64,000 bases of DNA from positions 613,052 through 677,051 of the forward strand of contig CAWJCT010000001.1 of NCBI GenBank assembly GCA_963841475.1, read 5' to 3'. A program made the translations under genes and the position numbers. Positions 28,848 to 40,368 of this stretch are shown here, piece by piece. Position 1 is the first letter of the stretch; the number at the start of each line of letters is the position of its first letter. The DNA is from an uncultured delta proteobacterium (GTDB lineage Bacteria; Desulfobacterota; Desulfobaccia; Desulfobaccales; 0-14-0-80-60-11). The notes under the pieces were generated by a model that was given only the letters and a program-made list of their open reading frames with translations, was not told where the DNA came from and made no database searches.

Positions 28848-30407
28848 TTATTTCCCGTGATGGGCCAAAATTGCTTTCTGGATTTGCTCCTTCACCGCAT
28901 CCATGTTGAAGCTGGCGCCCTTCTGCATGGGCGGGAACTCGATGAAGCTTAGCCCGGCCTTCATCACCTCCTCCTGCACGAAGACGAAGCGCCAGAATTC
29001 GTACATGAACCAGTCCATATAGCATAACGAGCCACCCTTGCCGGTGGGCATGCCCGTGCGCTCGAAAGGATCCAGACGGAGATTCACCAGGAACGGCGCA
29101 TCGACCTTCTCCGTGGCGCCCAGCCAGCCGTTGGGCTGATCAGTGAAGCGGTACTTGTAGTCGTCGATGCGCACCGCGCTCAACGTGGTCTCGGTGAGGT
29201 AGAAGACCTCGTGGCGCTTTGACGGCCCCTTGCCGGTGAGCAAATCCATCTGGTCGTAGCCGTCCAGGTGCACCTTATAGGTGCGGTCACCGAACTGCTT
29301 ACCCTTCTTGAGGTCCTCCACGATGTCGCCCTGATAACCTGCCGCCGACACGAAGGTGGGGAACCAGTCGAGACTGGAGACGATGCTGTTTTCCACCTTG
29401 CCAGCGGGCACCTTGCCCGGCCAGCGGATGATGGCGGGCACGCGGAAGCCGCCTTCCAGCGCCGTTCCCTTGCCCCCGGCGAAGGGCGTTTGGCCGCCGT
29501 CGGGCCAGGTGAAGTTCTCGGTGCCGTTGTCGGTCGAGAAGACGATGATGGTGTTGTCATCGAGGCCATTGTCCTTGAGGTACTGCATCACCGCACCGAC
29601 GATGTCATCCAGTTGCGCCATCCCGGCTTCATGGATGCTCCAGCCATTTTCCGGAGTGCGCATCTTCTGGTATTTCTCCGACAGGTGCGTGACGACGTGC
29701 ATGCGCGTCGGGTTCAGCCAGACGAAGAAAGGTTTGCCATCCTTCCTGGCTTTGTCCATGAACGCAAAGGCGAAGTCGCGAATCGCCTCGTCCACGGTCT
29801 CCATATTGTATTTGATGCCCTGCATAGGGTGCGGAGGCAGCGGCCCGGCGTCTTCGATCTTCTGTTTGCCCACCTTGCCCCAGCGCGGCTGTTCAGTGGT
29901 ATCGTCCACGTTGGTTGCCCAGGAATGGATCATATTCCTGGGGCCTACCTTGTCCTTGAGCTCCGGCGGGTAGTTGGGATGGAAGGGGTCCTCCATGGCG
30001 TCCAGATGGTAGAGATAGCCGAAGAACTCGTCGAAGCCGTGCACCGTGGGCAGAAACTTGTTCAGGTCCCCCAGGTGGTTCTTGCCGAACTGCCCGGTGG
30101 CATAGCCCATGGACTTCAGCACCGTGGCGATGGTGGGGGCCTCATCCGGGATTCCCAGGGTAGCGCCAGCCTGCCCCACGGTGGTCAGCCCGGTGCGGAT
30201 GGGCAGCTCTCCGGTGATAAAGCTGGCCCGGCCCGCGGTGCAGGAGGCCTCGGCGTAGTAATCAGTGAAGCGCATACCTTCCGCGGCCATCCTGTCGAGG
30301 TTAGGGGTCTTGCCGGACATGATGCCCTGGTGATAGGCGCCGATGTTGAACCAGCCGATGTCATCACCCATGATAAACAGAATGTTTGGTTGCTTCCCTG
30401 CTGGCAT
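28848..30407 (-). CDS. Arylsulfatase (Cys-type), intact, no signal peptide
   Basis: MPAGKQPNILFIMGDDIGWFN, ASCTAGRASFITGE, GKNHLGD, STDNGTE. 519 aa. Confidence 0.9.
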   Translation of the reverse strand: MPAGKQPNILFIMGDDIGWFNIGAYHQGIMSGKTPNLDRMAAEGMRFTDYYAEASCTAGRASFITGELPIRTGLTTVGQAGATLGIPDEAPTIATVLKSMGYATGQFGKNHLGDLNKFLPTVHGFDEFFGYLYHLDAMEDPFHPNYPPELKDKVGPRNMIHSWATNVDDTTEQPRWGKVGKQKIEDAGPLPPHPMQGIKYNMETVDEAIRDFAFAFMDKARKDGKPFFVWLNPTRMHVVTHLSEKYQKMRTPENGWSIHEAGMAQLDDIVGAVMQYLKDNGLDDNTIIVFSTDNGTENFTWPDGGQTPFAGGKGTALEGGFRVPAIIRWPGKVPAGKVENSIVSSLDWFPTFVSAAGYQGDIVEDLKKGKQFGDRTYKVHLDGYDQMDLLTGKGPSKRHEVFYLTETTLSAVRIDDYKYRFTDQPNGWLGATEKVDAPFLVNLRLDPFERTGMPTGKGGSLCYMDWFMYEFWRFVFVQEEVMKAGLSFIEFPPMQKGASFNMDAVKEQIQKAILAHHGK

Positions 30408-30494
30408 AAATCCTCCTTTCAGGGGGGTGGACGTTGATCATCATGCCAAGAATCCTGATTCAGGGCATTCTATTCTGCTTGAGACCGCGTTGAC

Positions 30495-31827
30495 CTACCG
30501 GGAAGTTCTCCCGGCCTGGACCGTCACCTCCCGGCCATGACATTTCTTGAACTTGCGGCCGCTGCCGCAGGGGCAGGGGTCATTGCGGCCGGTTTTGGCC
30601 GGCGCCGGGACCGGCCTGCCAGCATCCTCGGCGAGAACCTGCATGACCTGCGCCGCCGGGTAACCACGGCGCAGCAGACCGGCCATGATCTTCAGGGGAT
30701 GGTCGACGTGCTGGAAGAAGGCCCGGTAACCGAGGCACAGGTAGTTCAGCCCCGGCTCCCCATCCGGGGCGGTGAGAAACCGATTCTTGGGACATTCACC
30801 CTTACAGGCAAATCCCACCTCGCATTCCCGGCAATAACGGGGCAGCTTCTCCAACTTGGCGCGGCCAAAAGTGTGCTGCTGGTCGGAGCCTGCCAGGTCG
30901 ATCATGTGGTCTTGCCCGATGTTGCCCAGGAGGTGCTTGGGCTCAACAAAATGGTCGCAGGAATATAGATCGCCGTTGTGCTCCAAAGCGAGTCCATGAC
31001 CGCAGGTGGCATCGAAGACGCACATGCCGGAAGAAGGCAGGCCCAGCCAGTTTCTCACCGTGGCCTCGAAGGTCTGGACGAACACCCGCCCGACGTCATG
31101 CCGGACCCATTCGTCAAAAATAGTGATCAGAAAATTACCGAACTGTCCCGGCGTCACCGAGCGGTCCGAAACGGTAGTTCCTTCCTGACAGAGAGAGACC
31201 CCGGCGTCGTTGAGCCGCTCGATGGCCGGGATGAATTGCATCCAGGGAGCGCCGGCTTCGTCCCGGAGAAACCGGTAGACCTCCAGGGGATGATCAGCGT
31301 TGAGCCGGTTAACGGTGGTCAGGATATTGTATTCTACCTCATGCTTCTGCAGCAGCCGGAGGCCCTGCATTACCCGGTCAAAGGTCGGCCTGCCGCGCTT
31401 GTCCACCCGGTGGGCATCGTGCAGTGCGCCAGGCCCGTCGATACTGATCCCGATGAGAAAGCCGTGCTCCCGGAAGAACTCGCACCAATCGTCATTGAGG
31501 AGCGTGCCGTTGGTTTGCATGGTGTTCTCGAAGACCATGCCCGGCCGCTGATACTGTTGCTGGAATTCCAGGGCCCGCCGGTAGAAGTCGAGGCCCATCA
31601 GGGTCGGTTCTCCACCCTGCCAGGCCACCGTCACCCGGTCAGCACTGTGGGATTCGATGAGTTGGCGGATATAGTGTCTCCAACACCGCCTCACTCATGC
31701 GAAAGTGACTGCCGGGATAGAGCTGTTCTTTGTTCAGGAAAAAGCAATAGGAGCAGTTCAGGTTGCACGTCGCCCCGGTGGGTTTGGCCAGCACGTGGAT
31801 GCGCGGCGGTATTTTTTTGTCGGCCAT
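30495..31827 (-). pseudogene. Anaerobic sulfatase-maturating enzyme (radical SAM/SPASM) with a C-terminal SEC-C motif, one frameshift
   Basis: HVLAKPTGATCNLNCSYCFF (CX3CX2C), WQGGEPTL, SPASM cysteines CRECEVGFACKGECPKN, tail NDPCPCGSGRKFKKCHG. The shift is near 31680. Confidence 0.85.
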
Positions 31828-32098
31828 GGGGAAGGCACTCGGAGTGAGAATATGCGAAGCTTTAATCTGCGTCTAAAGGTAGTGCTCATTAACCCCTTGT
31901 CAAGCAGTCATCGCTCCGGTGGAAATGAACCAGGTATTCATGGTGGTGCGGCATCGGGCCCAAGCGAAATCACTGGAATGAAATGGCCATTATATGATAT
32001 GAGAAACCAGCATCTCAGGTGACCAAAGCTTAGGTTACGGCCAGCAATAGTGGTGTGCGGTCAGTAAAGCCATGATAATTTTTAGGGGGATGGGGGCG

Positions 32099-33094
32099 AT
32101 GACCAGTTTCTGGAGTAAGGTGTTGCGGGTAGGATTGCTTGCCTGTCTTTTGATGACCCTGGCCGGGCGGGACGGTTCGGCTGCCGATAATCCCACTTCC
32201 CAGGATGAGCCCGGCGCCGCCACGGAGAAGGCCGCGACCCCCAAGGAAGATGACCGCCTCCCCCTCTATAAAGAGGGCTGGCAGTTTTTCCTGGCCCCTT
32301 ATCTCTGGATTCCGGGCGTCCATCTTGACCTCAGCCACCAGGGCCGCTTCAGTGGCACCACCGTGGCCAATGTGCCCTGGTATGAGCTCGTGCCCCTTCT
32401 CTTCAGCAAGGCTATGGGGGGCATGGGCCGGGTGGAGATTTGGAACGGCAGGTGGGGGATCTTTTCAGACACCACGTTTCTGTATATCGGCGAAAGCATC
32501 AGTGCGGGCGGTGCCAGGGAACTCAAACTTAACCCCAAGCAAGCGCCCGCGACCATTCCGGTTCGCCTGCAACTTTCAGGTGACCTGAAGATCTGGACGC
32601 GGCTTCTGTGGCAGGACGTGGGGGTGCGCTATCTGCTGGGGACCGTGCCCCTCCAGTCCGCCAAACCGCTGCCCGTGGTTTCTTTCGAGCTGATGGGCGG
32701 GCTCCGCTACACCTACTATAATCAGGACACCAGCCTGAACCTCAATGCCACCCTTACCGGTCCTCTCGGTCAGCAAAGCATCAGCCGGGGCGGGAATGTT
32801 TTTAGCGACTTACAGGCGTCGATTTTTGAACCGTTCCTGGGGATGCGGGTCGGCTTCTGGTTGACGCCGAAACTTAACCTGCTGTTAAGAGCCGACTGCG
32901 GCGGCTTTGGCTTTGTCGCCTACAATAACGTGGACAGTGTGCTCGAAGCCTTGATTGGCTACCAGGTGCATAAAAACATTCGCATGTATGCGGGATACCG
33001 CGGCCGTTATTTTTCTGGGAGCGGCAGTACCAAGGATATCACCGTCCATGGCTGGTTCCACGGCCCCATGCTGGGGGCGGCTTTCAATTTCTAG
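32099..33094 (+). CDS. Outer-membrane beta-barrel protein, hypothetical
   Basis: Signal peptide, alternating hydrophobic beta-strand pattern, C-terminal ...GAAFNF. Confidence 0.55.
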   Translation: MTSFWSKVLRVGLLACLLMTLAGRDGSAADNPTSQDEPGAATEKAATPKEDDRLPLYKEGWQFFLAPYLWIPGVHLDLSHQGRFSGTTVANVPWYELVPLLFSKAMGGMGRVEIWNGRWGIFSDTTFLYIGESISAGGARELKLNPKQAPATIPVRLQLSGDLKIWTRLLWQDVGVRYLLGTVPLQSAKPLPVVSFELMGGLRYTYYNQDTSLNLNATLTGPLGQQSISRGGNVFSDLQASIFEPFLGMRVGFWLTPKLNLLLRADCGGFGFVAYNNVDSVLEALIGYQVHKNIRMYAGYRGRYFSGSGSTKDITVHGWFHGPMLGAAFNF

Positions 33095-33168
33095 GAGTCG
33101 GTACTTTTGTTCTTTTCTCTATGGATGGCAGGGAGCGATTAAATCATTGCTTAAAAATCAAGCGATGT

Positions 33169-33930
33169 TCAATGGTGTGGAGATATTATGATATTGGATT
33201 GGCTGCAAAATAGATTTATTGCATTAAAAAGTGCGGCGACGATTTTGTGTTGATACTGAGGATCTTTGAGCTGTAATTCTTCATTTCGATTTTTTATGAT
33301 GCCGCATTCAAATAATACTGCCGGCATATGTGCTTTTTTCAGCACAACCAAATTATTATATTTATAGATGCCTCTGGTTTTGTCGATCAGCTCCTTGTCT
33401 CCCCCCGTAAATTTTTCGGCATGATGCAAGGTAGGGCAAAATCGGCTCTTTAACATCTCGGAGCCGAGGATAACGGCGAAGGTGAGGCTGTCGAGGGGAC
33501 TGCCGTTTTTTTCCGAATAATAGAGGGAATATCCGCTGAACTTGTCGCAATAGGGCAAAATTTTCCCCTGGCACAGCCATTGAGACAGGTCCTTGGGCTC
33601 CACGGAATCATGGTGGATAGAGATCAGGAGATGGGCCCCCCGTTGATTGGCGATGGCGGCCCTGGCCGGGAGGGAGATGTCATCCCCGGTCTCGTTGATG
33701 ATAAACGAGCCTTTGAACCTCTTATCCTGCAGGAGTTGCCGATGCAGCAGGGTGCCGATGTTCTGGTTGAAGCGATATTCCGGCGCACCTCTGGCGCTGG
33801 TGGCTCCCGGAGTATTGATGGTGTGGCCGATATCGATGGCAATGATAAAATCCTCAGCCCGACAATCACCGTTTATCGTGGCCACAAAAATCAACACCGA
33901 AAAACAGGACATGATCAGGTAATAAAACAT
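33169..33930 (-). CDS. N-acetylmuramoyl-L-alanine amidase (Amidase_3 family)
   Basis: Signal MFYYLIMSCFSVLIFVATING. Motifs IAIDIGHT, LLISIHHDS, LFECGIIKN. Lower-GC segment. The longer ORF reaches 34035. Confidence 0.7.
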   Translation of the reverse strand: MFYYLIMSCFSVLIFVATINGDCRAEDFIIAIDIGHTINTPGATSARGAPEYRFNQNIGTLLHRQLLQDKRFKGSFIINETGDDISLPARAAIANQRGAHLLISIHHDSVEPKDLSQWLCQGKILPYCDKFSGYSLYYSEKNGSPLDSLTFAVILGSEMLKSRFCPTLHHAEKFTGGDKELIDKTRGIYKYNNLVVLKKAHMPAVLFECGIIKNRNEELQLKDPQYQHKIVAALFNAINLFCSQSNIIISPHH

Positions 33931-34031
33931 TGGCGGTGATTTTCCCTGGCTAAAATAAGTTTCGTCGCGCCGTAGCGCCCTGGGGCGGGTAAGCGGAGCG
34001 CATCCCGCCTGTTGCCTGGCCCCGGGTGGCT

Positions 34032-34937
34032 TCACGCTTGTCCCTCGCCCGACTCGACCTGAGGGAGTTCATGGCCGCACTTAAAACAGAAATTATCGTT
34101 CCGCGGCACCCTCATTTGGCAGTTGGGACAGATCCGAAAAAATTCACTGCCCGCACCTAACGGCAAGCCGCAGTTGATACAAAACTTTGCCCGGGCGGCA
34201 TTGCACTTTTGACAGTGTTGACAGATATTCCCCGTTAAACAAAGGGATTGATCTCTCAGGTAGAGTAATTTTTGATTGGCGTACCAGACGATGAATAGCA
34301 AGAGGGGAAGAATCAGGACGATGGTCCAGGTTCGCAGAAACACAAAAAAATCAAAAGCCGCATGAACCCCCGCCGCCGCCAGGAGATACGGGAGGACGGT
34401 GATAAAGTACCGCCTATGCCTGCTGATAAACCTGGCCCGGGCCAGGCCGTAACCCCAGATGGCGGCACAGGCCAGATGGACAGGTATGGACAGCATGGAG
34501 CGCGTGATCAGCACCCCTGGACCAAAACGCACCGTGTACTCCAGGTTTTCGATGGCGGCAAAGCCGAGAGCCACGGTCATGGCGTAAATCATCCCATCAA
34601 GGGGTTCGTCGAATTCCGGCAGTCTCCTTACCAGGCGGAGCGTGGCCAGGAACTTCCAGGTCTCCTCGTTGATGCCGATGAAGATGGCCGAGATGAGGGC
34701 CAGGGGCAGGCTGACCTTCCGGGAGAGATCAGTGACAAAACCCGTCAGGCCCAGGAGATGGTCGACCAGGTTATTGCAGACGATGGCGGGGATGACGCTC
34801 AATACCCCCCCCAACAACCCCACCCGAAGCAAGACCTTGAGCGGTTCTGGCTCCAATCTATCGTAGCAGCGCAATACCCAGAGCCATATGCCCGTGGAGA
34901 CCAGCAAGCCCGAGGCGCCCCAGAGAAAATGTGCCAT
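34032..34937 (-). CDS. PrsW-family intramembrane protease with a C-terminal double zinc ribbon
   Basis: EETWKF and HAAFDF motifs in a polytopic core. Tail CQHCQKCN...CINCG...CPNCQ...CFKCG. Confidence 0.7.
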   Translation of the reverse strand: MAHFLWGASGLLVSTGIWLWVLRCYDRLEPEPLKVLLRVGLLGGVLSVIPAIVCNNLVDHLLGLTGFVTDLSRKVSLPLALISAIFIGINEETWKFLATLRLVRRLPEFDEPLDGMIYAMTVALGFAAIENLEYTVRFGPGVLITRSMLSIPVHLACAAIWGYGLARARFISRHRRYFITVLPYLLAAAGVHAAFDFFVFLRTWTIVLILPLLLFIVWYANQKLLYLRDQSLCLTGNICQHCQKCNAARAKFCINCGLPLGAGSEFFRICPNCQMRVPRNDNFCFKCGHELPQVESGEGQA

Positions 34938-35608
34938 GCCTGACTTTCCTTCCTGTTGTTGAGAACCTGCGCCCCCAAACCGGCTTCAAGGGCGGGAGGC
35001 TTTAATGGGGCAAGGCCAAGCCCGTGGCAGAACCTTGCCGGGCGGCCCCCCCGAGCCTGGGCGCCCGCGCCGGCTGAGGCTCACCACCCTGGCCCCACCG
35101 GTTTATTAGGTATGACCTGCTCAAGGTCTGGGGCATCAGCAGTCTGATCCTGACTTGCCTGGCCAAAACTCGACGGGAGCACCAACTCCTTAACAGGGAC
35201 CAGCCTGGACTTTATTAGCTTCTCATAATTTTCCCCGGGCTGTCCATCACTATCAAGGCTGGATTATCCTGAAAGGGGGAGATACGGAATGGAGCGAGGG
35301 ATCAACCTGGTTTGGCTGGTATGGTTCCTTCTGCGCCGAAGGGAGGTGGAGAGGGTTCGGATGATGAGGGAAGAAATCTTCATGGAGTCTAAGTCATGGG
35401 TTAGCTTGAACGTAGTTGGCTCCGAGAAATAAAATCCACTTGCCCCTTGATCTGAGGCGACAAATTTCTCTATAGTTAGGGAAAATCTGCTGAGGAGAGC
35501 CGCTGAAAGCCCGGCTCGCATTTTTGCAGACCCCGGCGGGGACAACGACGCCGGGTTGATCCGGACCGGGCGGTAAGACCACACCAAATCTTATTGAGGT
35601 GACTTGTG

Positions 35609-36142
35609 ATGATGTTCGTGTTCCGCAGCAACTATGGTATCTGCCTGCTGGCCCTGTCTCTGGTCCTGCCCCTGGTGGGCATCGGCTGGGGCCAAACCAC
35701 CCCGCCCCCGGCCTCTGACCCTGTCAAGGCCTACCGCCAGGCGGTTTCCCTCCTGGAAGAGGCGCAGCAGCAATTAGAGGCCAAGAACCTCCCTGGGGCC
35801 CTGTCCCTGGTGAAACAGTCCAATGCGCTCTTTACGCTTCTTCAGAAGGAAAGCGCCGCCAAACTGGCGGAGCATGAGCTTTCCTCCCAGGAAAGCCAGC
35901 AACTGGCCATCAACCAAAAACTGGCTACCGGGACCCAGGCCCAGGCGGATAAATTGCTGGAAACCGCCGCGGCCAAGAAGAAGCAAGCTGAGGAGTTGAG
36001 AGCCCAGGGCAAGGCAGATTCGGGTGACGCAGCCGAACGTGAGTCCAAAGAACAATATCTCCAGGTCCAAACTCTCTCCATCAAGGCGGCAATTTACGCC
36101 CTGCGCAATCAGCAGATAATCTTCCGCTTCCTGGCGCCATAA
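35609..36142 (+). CDS. Secreted helical/coiled-coil hypothetical protein
   Basis: Signal peptide followed by a Gln/Ala/Lys/Glu-rich helical sequence. GAGGTGA RBS. Confidence 0.5.
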   Translation: MMFVFRSNYGICLLALSLVLPLVGIGWGQTTPPPASDPVKAYRQAVSLLEEAQQQLEAKNLPGALSLVKQSNALFTLLQKESAAKLAEHELSSQESQQLAINQKLATGTQAQADKLLETAAAKKKQAEELRAQGKADSGDAAERESKEQYLQVQTLSIKAAIYALRNQQIIFRFLAP

Positions 36143-36323
36143 TTCCCGTAACCGGGCCCCAAAGGGATGTGGGTCCCGGGGCCGGTCTGCCTCAGATAAC
36201 CGTCCGCCCCGGTGCGGGGCTCCAACTTACTCCGATAATTGCCGGCGGCGAGATTTTTGAGTTGACATCATGGCCTCATCTAGACCAACAATGAGGGCAT
36301 ATTTTCTGAGGAGGGAGGACACT

Positions 36324-37499
36324 ATGAGTCGAGTACTGTCAAGGGTTCTCGTGGCTGCAGCCCTGGTGATGCTGGTGGCAGGCGGGGTCCAGGCTGCGGA
36401 CCAAAAACAGCCTATCAAAATAGGGGCCATGTTCGCCCTGTCGGGGCCGGCAGCCCATATCGGCACCCCCACCAAGCTGGTGGCGGAGATGGTGGTGGCT
36501 CAGATCAACAAGGCCGGGGGCATCAATGGCCGGCCCCTGGAGCTGATCATCGGCGACACCGAGAGCGACCCGGCCAAGGCTGCCACCATCGCCAAGAAAT
36601 TTATCCACTCCGACAAGGTGGCGGCCATCATCGGGCCCACTACTACGGGCTCGGGGATGCAGGTCAAGAAGATCGTCGAGGAAGCCGGGGTCCCCACTTT
36701 TATGTGCGTGGGCGGCGACCCGGTAATCATGGGCGGGAAATTCGGCCCCTTCACCTATGTGTTCAAATCCCCCCAGCGCTCCTCCGTGGCGGTGAAGCGG
36801 CTGTTCACCTATCTGAAAGAAAAGAAAATCACCAAGCTGGGGCTGCTCTACGCCTCGGACAGCTTCGGCAAAGACGGGGCAGCGTGGCTGGAGAAACTGG
36901 CGCCGGATTACGGCATCACCCTGGTGGCCAAGGAGTCCTTCGGCCCCAAGGACACCGACATGACCGCGCAGCTCACCAAGATCAAGAACGCCGGGCCCCA
37001 GGGGATCATCTGTTGGACCATCGGGCCGGCCGGGGCCATCGTGGCCAAGAACAAGGCCCAGCTGGGCCTTAACCTGCCCCTGTTCCAGTGCCACGGTCTG
37101 CCTGACCCCAAGTATATCGAACTGGCCGGCAAGGCCTCCGAAGGGGATCGCATGCCGGCCACGAAACTGATGGTGGCGGCGGATTTGCCGGATACCGACG
37201 CCCAGAAAAAGGTCATCCAGAACTTCATCCACCTCTACACGGACGTCTATCATTTCGACAAGCAGTTCCCCATCAACACCCACTCGGGGTATGCCTGGGA
37301 CGCCATCAGCATCGTGGCTAACGCCATGCGGAAGGCGGGCACCGACCCCAAGGCCCTCCGGGCCGCCATCGAGGAGACCAAGGGCTACGTGGGGGTGTCC
37401 GGGATCTATACCCTGAGCCCCGAGGACCACAACGGCTTGGGCCCTGATTCCATGGTCATCATCCAGGTCAAGGACGGCAAGTTCGTGATGGCGAAATAG
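36324..37499 (+). CDS. ABC transporter substrate-binding protein (LivK / Peripla_BP_6 type)
   Basis: Signal MSRVLSRVLVAAALVMLVAGGVQA, then IKIGAMFALSGPAAHIGTP. No cognate permease genes are adjacent. Confidence 0.8.
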   Translation: MSRVLSRVLVAAALVMLVAGGVQAADQKQPIKIGAMFALSGPAAHIGTPTKLVAEMVVAQINKAGGINGRPLELIIGDTESDPAKAATIAKKFIHSDKVAAIIGPTTTGSGMQVKKIVEEAGVPTFMCVGGDPVIMGGKFGPFTYVFKSPQRSSVAVKRLFTYLKEKKITKLGLLYASDSFGKDGAAWLEKLAPDYGITLVAKESFGPKDTDMTAQLTKIKNAGPQGIICWTIGPAGAIVAKNKAQLGLNLPLFQCHGLPDPKYIELAGKASEGDRMPATKLMVAADLPDTDAQKKVIQNFIHLYTDVYHFDKQFPINTHSGYAWDAISIVANAMRKAGTDPKALRAAIEETKGYVGVSGIYTLSPEDHNGLGPDSMVIIQVKDGKFVMAK

Positions 37500-37528
37500 G
37501 GCCGGCTTCTCAGACTTAAACCTACCCA

Positions 37529-37566
37529 CAGCGGGGCCCGCGGCGACGGGCCCCGCTGCATTTCTT
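37529..37566. terminator. Bidirectional terminator hairpin between convergent genes
   Basis: Perfect 12-bp stem CAGCGGGGCCCG / CGGGCCCCGCTG with a 6-nt loop, followed by CATTTCTT. Confidence 0.6.
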
Positions 37567-37606
37567 ACCGCCGTCCCTTTCTCCCCGTCCCGGGATCACC
37601 CCCGGC

Positions 37607-40278
37607 CTAATACTTAAATTTCCGGTAAAATATCCGTTTCAGGACCTCGGCCGACAGGATGTAGAGGAGCAGGATGGCGGAAAGGACCAGGTAAAACTCC
37701 AGGGGCAGCACCTGGAATTCGAAAACGCCCCGGAGCGGCGAGGCCGGGAAGATCAGGGTGATCCCGATAATGACCAGGGACACGATCAGCAGGTACTTCC
37801 CGGGGCGGCTCTTGATGAACGGGCGCCGGGTCCGGATGACCAGGACGATCATCACCGCCGAGATCACCGATTCCTGGAACCAGCCGGTCCGGAACAACTC
37901 CGGGGTGGCCCGGAGGATATAGATCAGGGCGCCAAAGGTGAGGTAGTCAAATACCGAACTCAGGATGCCGAAGAAAAACATGAAGCGGCGGATAAAGCCG
38001 ATATCCCACCGGTGCGGCCGGTCCACCAACTCCTGGTCCACACTGTCGGTGGCAATGGTCATCTCCGGGAAATCCGTCATCAGGTTGGTAAGCAATATCT
38101 GGGTGGGCAACAGGGGCAGGAAGGGCAGCAGCAGCGAGGCCCCGGCCATGCTGAACATATTCCCGAAGTTGGCGCTGGTGGCCATAAAAACGTATTTGAG
38201 GGTGTTGGCAAAGGTCTTGCGGCCTTCCTGCACCCCCTGCAAAAGGACGTCCAGGTTATGCTCCAGCAAAACGATGTCCGCGGCTTCCTTGGCCACGTCC
38301 ACGGCGCTGTCCACGGAGATGCTCACGTCCGCGGCATGTAAGGCCGAGGCGTCGTTGATCCCGTCACCCATATACCCCACCACGTTGCCGGCCTTTTTCA
38401 GGGCCAGGATGATCCGCTCCTTCTGGTTGGGCTCGACCTCCGCAAAGATGTCCACTTCCTGAGCCCTTTGCATGAGGGCTTCGGGGCTCATCTGGCGCAT
38501 ATCCTGGCCGGTGAGGATACTCGTGTTGGCCATCCCCACCTGGCGGGCGATGGTGCCGGCGATCAAATGGTTGTCACCGGTAATCACCTTCAGGGTGACC
38601 CCGAGGCCGGCCAGCCGGTTGATGGTCTCAAGGATACCCGGTTTGGGAGGGTCCTGGACGATCAGGAATCCCAGTAAGGTCATGGCAGTTTCATGCTCTT
38701 TGGTGATGTCCGTGACCGAGCCCACATCCCGATAGGCCAGGGCCAGAGTCCGGCTGCCTTGCTCGCTGGCCGTCTTCACCAGGTCGTGGATCTGGGCCTC
38801 AATCTCGCACAAATCGATGGCTGGCGCCGTCCGCAGTTTCCGCGGCGGAGCAGACGCTTAGCACATTGGGAACGGCCCCCTTGGTAATCATCACCCGGCG
38901 TCCCTCGTGGCCCACCAGAATAGTCAGGCGTTTGCGGATAAAGTCATAGGGCACTTCATCCAGTTTTTCATAGCCGGTGATGTCGCAGGCAGCCTGGTTG
39001 CGGATGGCCAGGTCGATGGGGTTGGTAAAGCCGGTCTCGAATATGGCGTTGAGGTAGGCGTACAGAGCAACTTTCTTGGCTGTCGCAGCCATCCACGCCG
39101 ACCATGGCATGGAGGTGCACCGTGCCTTCGGTGATGGTGCCGGTCTTGTCGGAGCACAGCACGTTCATGCTGCCGAAGTTTTCGATGGAGGCCAGGCGCC
39201 GGACGATGACCTTGGCCGCGGCCATGCGTTTGGCCCCGGTGGCCAGGTTGACGCTGATAATGGCAGGGAGGAGCTGGGGGGTGAGGCCCACGGCCAGGGC
39301 CAGGGCGAACAGGAAGGACTCCAGGATCGGGCGCTTCAGAAGGATATTGCCCACGAAGATGACGCCCACCATGACCAACGTCACTTGCATCAGGAGGAAG
39401 CCGAAGCGCCGCACGCCGCGTTCGAATTCGGTTATGGGCGGGCGCAGCACCAGCCGTTCGGAGACCTGGCCGAACTCGGTTTGGGTGCCGGTGCCGATGA
39501 CCAGGGCCCGGGCGCTGCCGCTGACCACGTGGGTCCCCATAAACAGGGTATTGACCCTCTGGTTGAGGGAGGTGTCCGCCGGCAGCACCGCGACCGACTT
39601 TTCGGCGGGAAAGGTCTCGCCGGTTAAGGCCGCTTCATCCACGAAGAGTTCGTTGGAGGCAAGGAGAAGGCAATCGCCCGGGATCACATCGCCGGCGGCC
39701 AGGATGACGCTATCCCCGGGGACGATCTGCTCCACCGGGATTTCCGCCTGCTGTCCGTCACGCCACACCGTGGCCTTGATCTGCACCACCGCCAGGAGCT
39801 TCGCCAGGGCATTGGCCGCGCCCCGCTCCTGCCAAAACCCCAGCAGGCTGCTGATCACCACGATAAAACAGATGATGATGGCATCGGCCCGGTCGGCCAG
39901 GAAATAGGAGAGGATGGCCGCACCCAGCAAAATGATGATGATGGGGCTCTTGAACTGGGCCAGGAGCAGGGTGAGGGAATCGGTCTTGCGTTTCGATTTG
40001 AGGAGATTGGGGCCATAGAGGGCCAGGCGCTGCCGGGCCTCAGCCGTGGTCAACCCCGCCGCCGTGGTTTTAAGGCGATTAAGCAGTTCGTCCGGGGGAA
40101 TACTCCAGAAGGCTGCGACGTAGGGTTCCTGGGGATTTTCCTCTTTAGTTCGCGATGGCCGGCCTCCCGAGGCCCGGCTGGGGGCCGGCCGGCAAATATC
40201 AGGAAGTGGCGGCTGACGAGCCGGAGGTAATATCCCCACAGGGGAGCCCGGGCCGATACGGTCCGCACCCCGCTGCAA
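37607..40278 (-). pseudogene. mgtA: Magnesium/cation-transporting P-type ATPase (MgtA-like), two frameshifts
   Basis: FVDEAALTGETFPAEK, CSDKTGTITEG, KVITGDN, GDGINDASAL. The C-terminal helices are similar to MgtA. The fragments 38968-40278, 38799-39110 and 37607-38812 join in order. The start codon is uncertain. Confidence 0.8.
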
Positions 40279-40339
40279 CTTTGACCTTGATGATCCATCG
40301 CCATAAAATCGTTGCGGAAATAAGCGTCAGTCCTTGCGC

Positions 40340-40368
40340 CTTATATGATAAATTCTATTTTAAATCAA
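40340..40368 (-). promoter_or_regulatory. Sigma70-like promoter upstream of the P-type ATPase
   Basis: Minus strand TTGATT (40368-40363), 17-nt spacer, TATAAG (40345-40340), in an AT-rich divergent spacer. Confidence 0.4.

Noticed and set aside
35289-35432. 47-codon ORF MERGINLVWLVWFLLRRREVERVRMMREEIF... with an upstream AAGGGGGA
   Set aside because: It is short with no recognisable features, in a low-GC spacer where random ORFs are easy to find. There is not enough evidence to call it.
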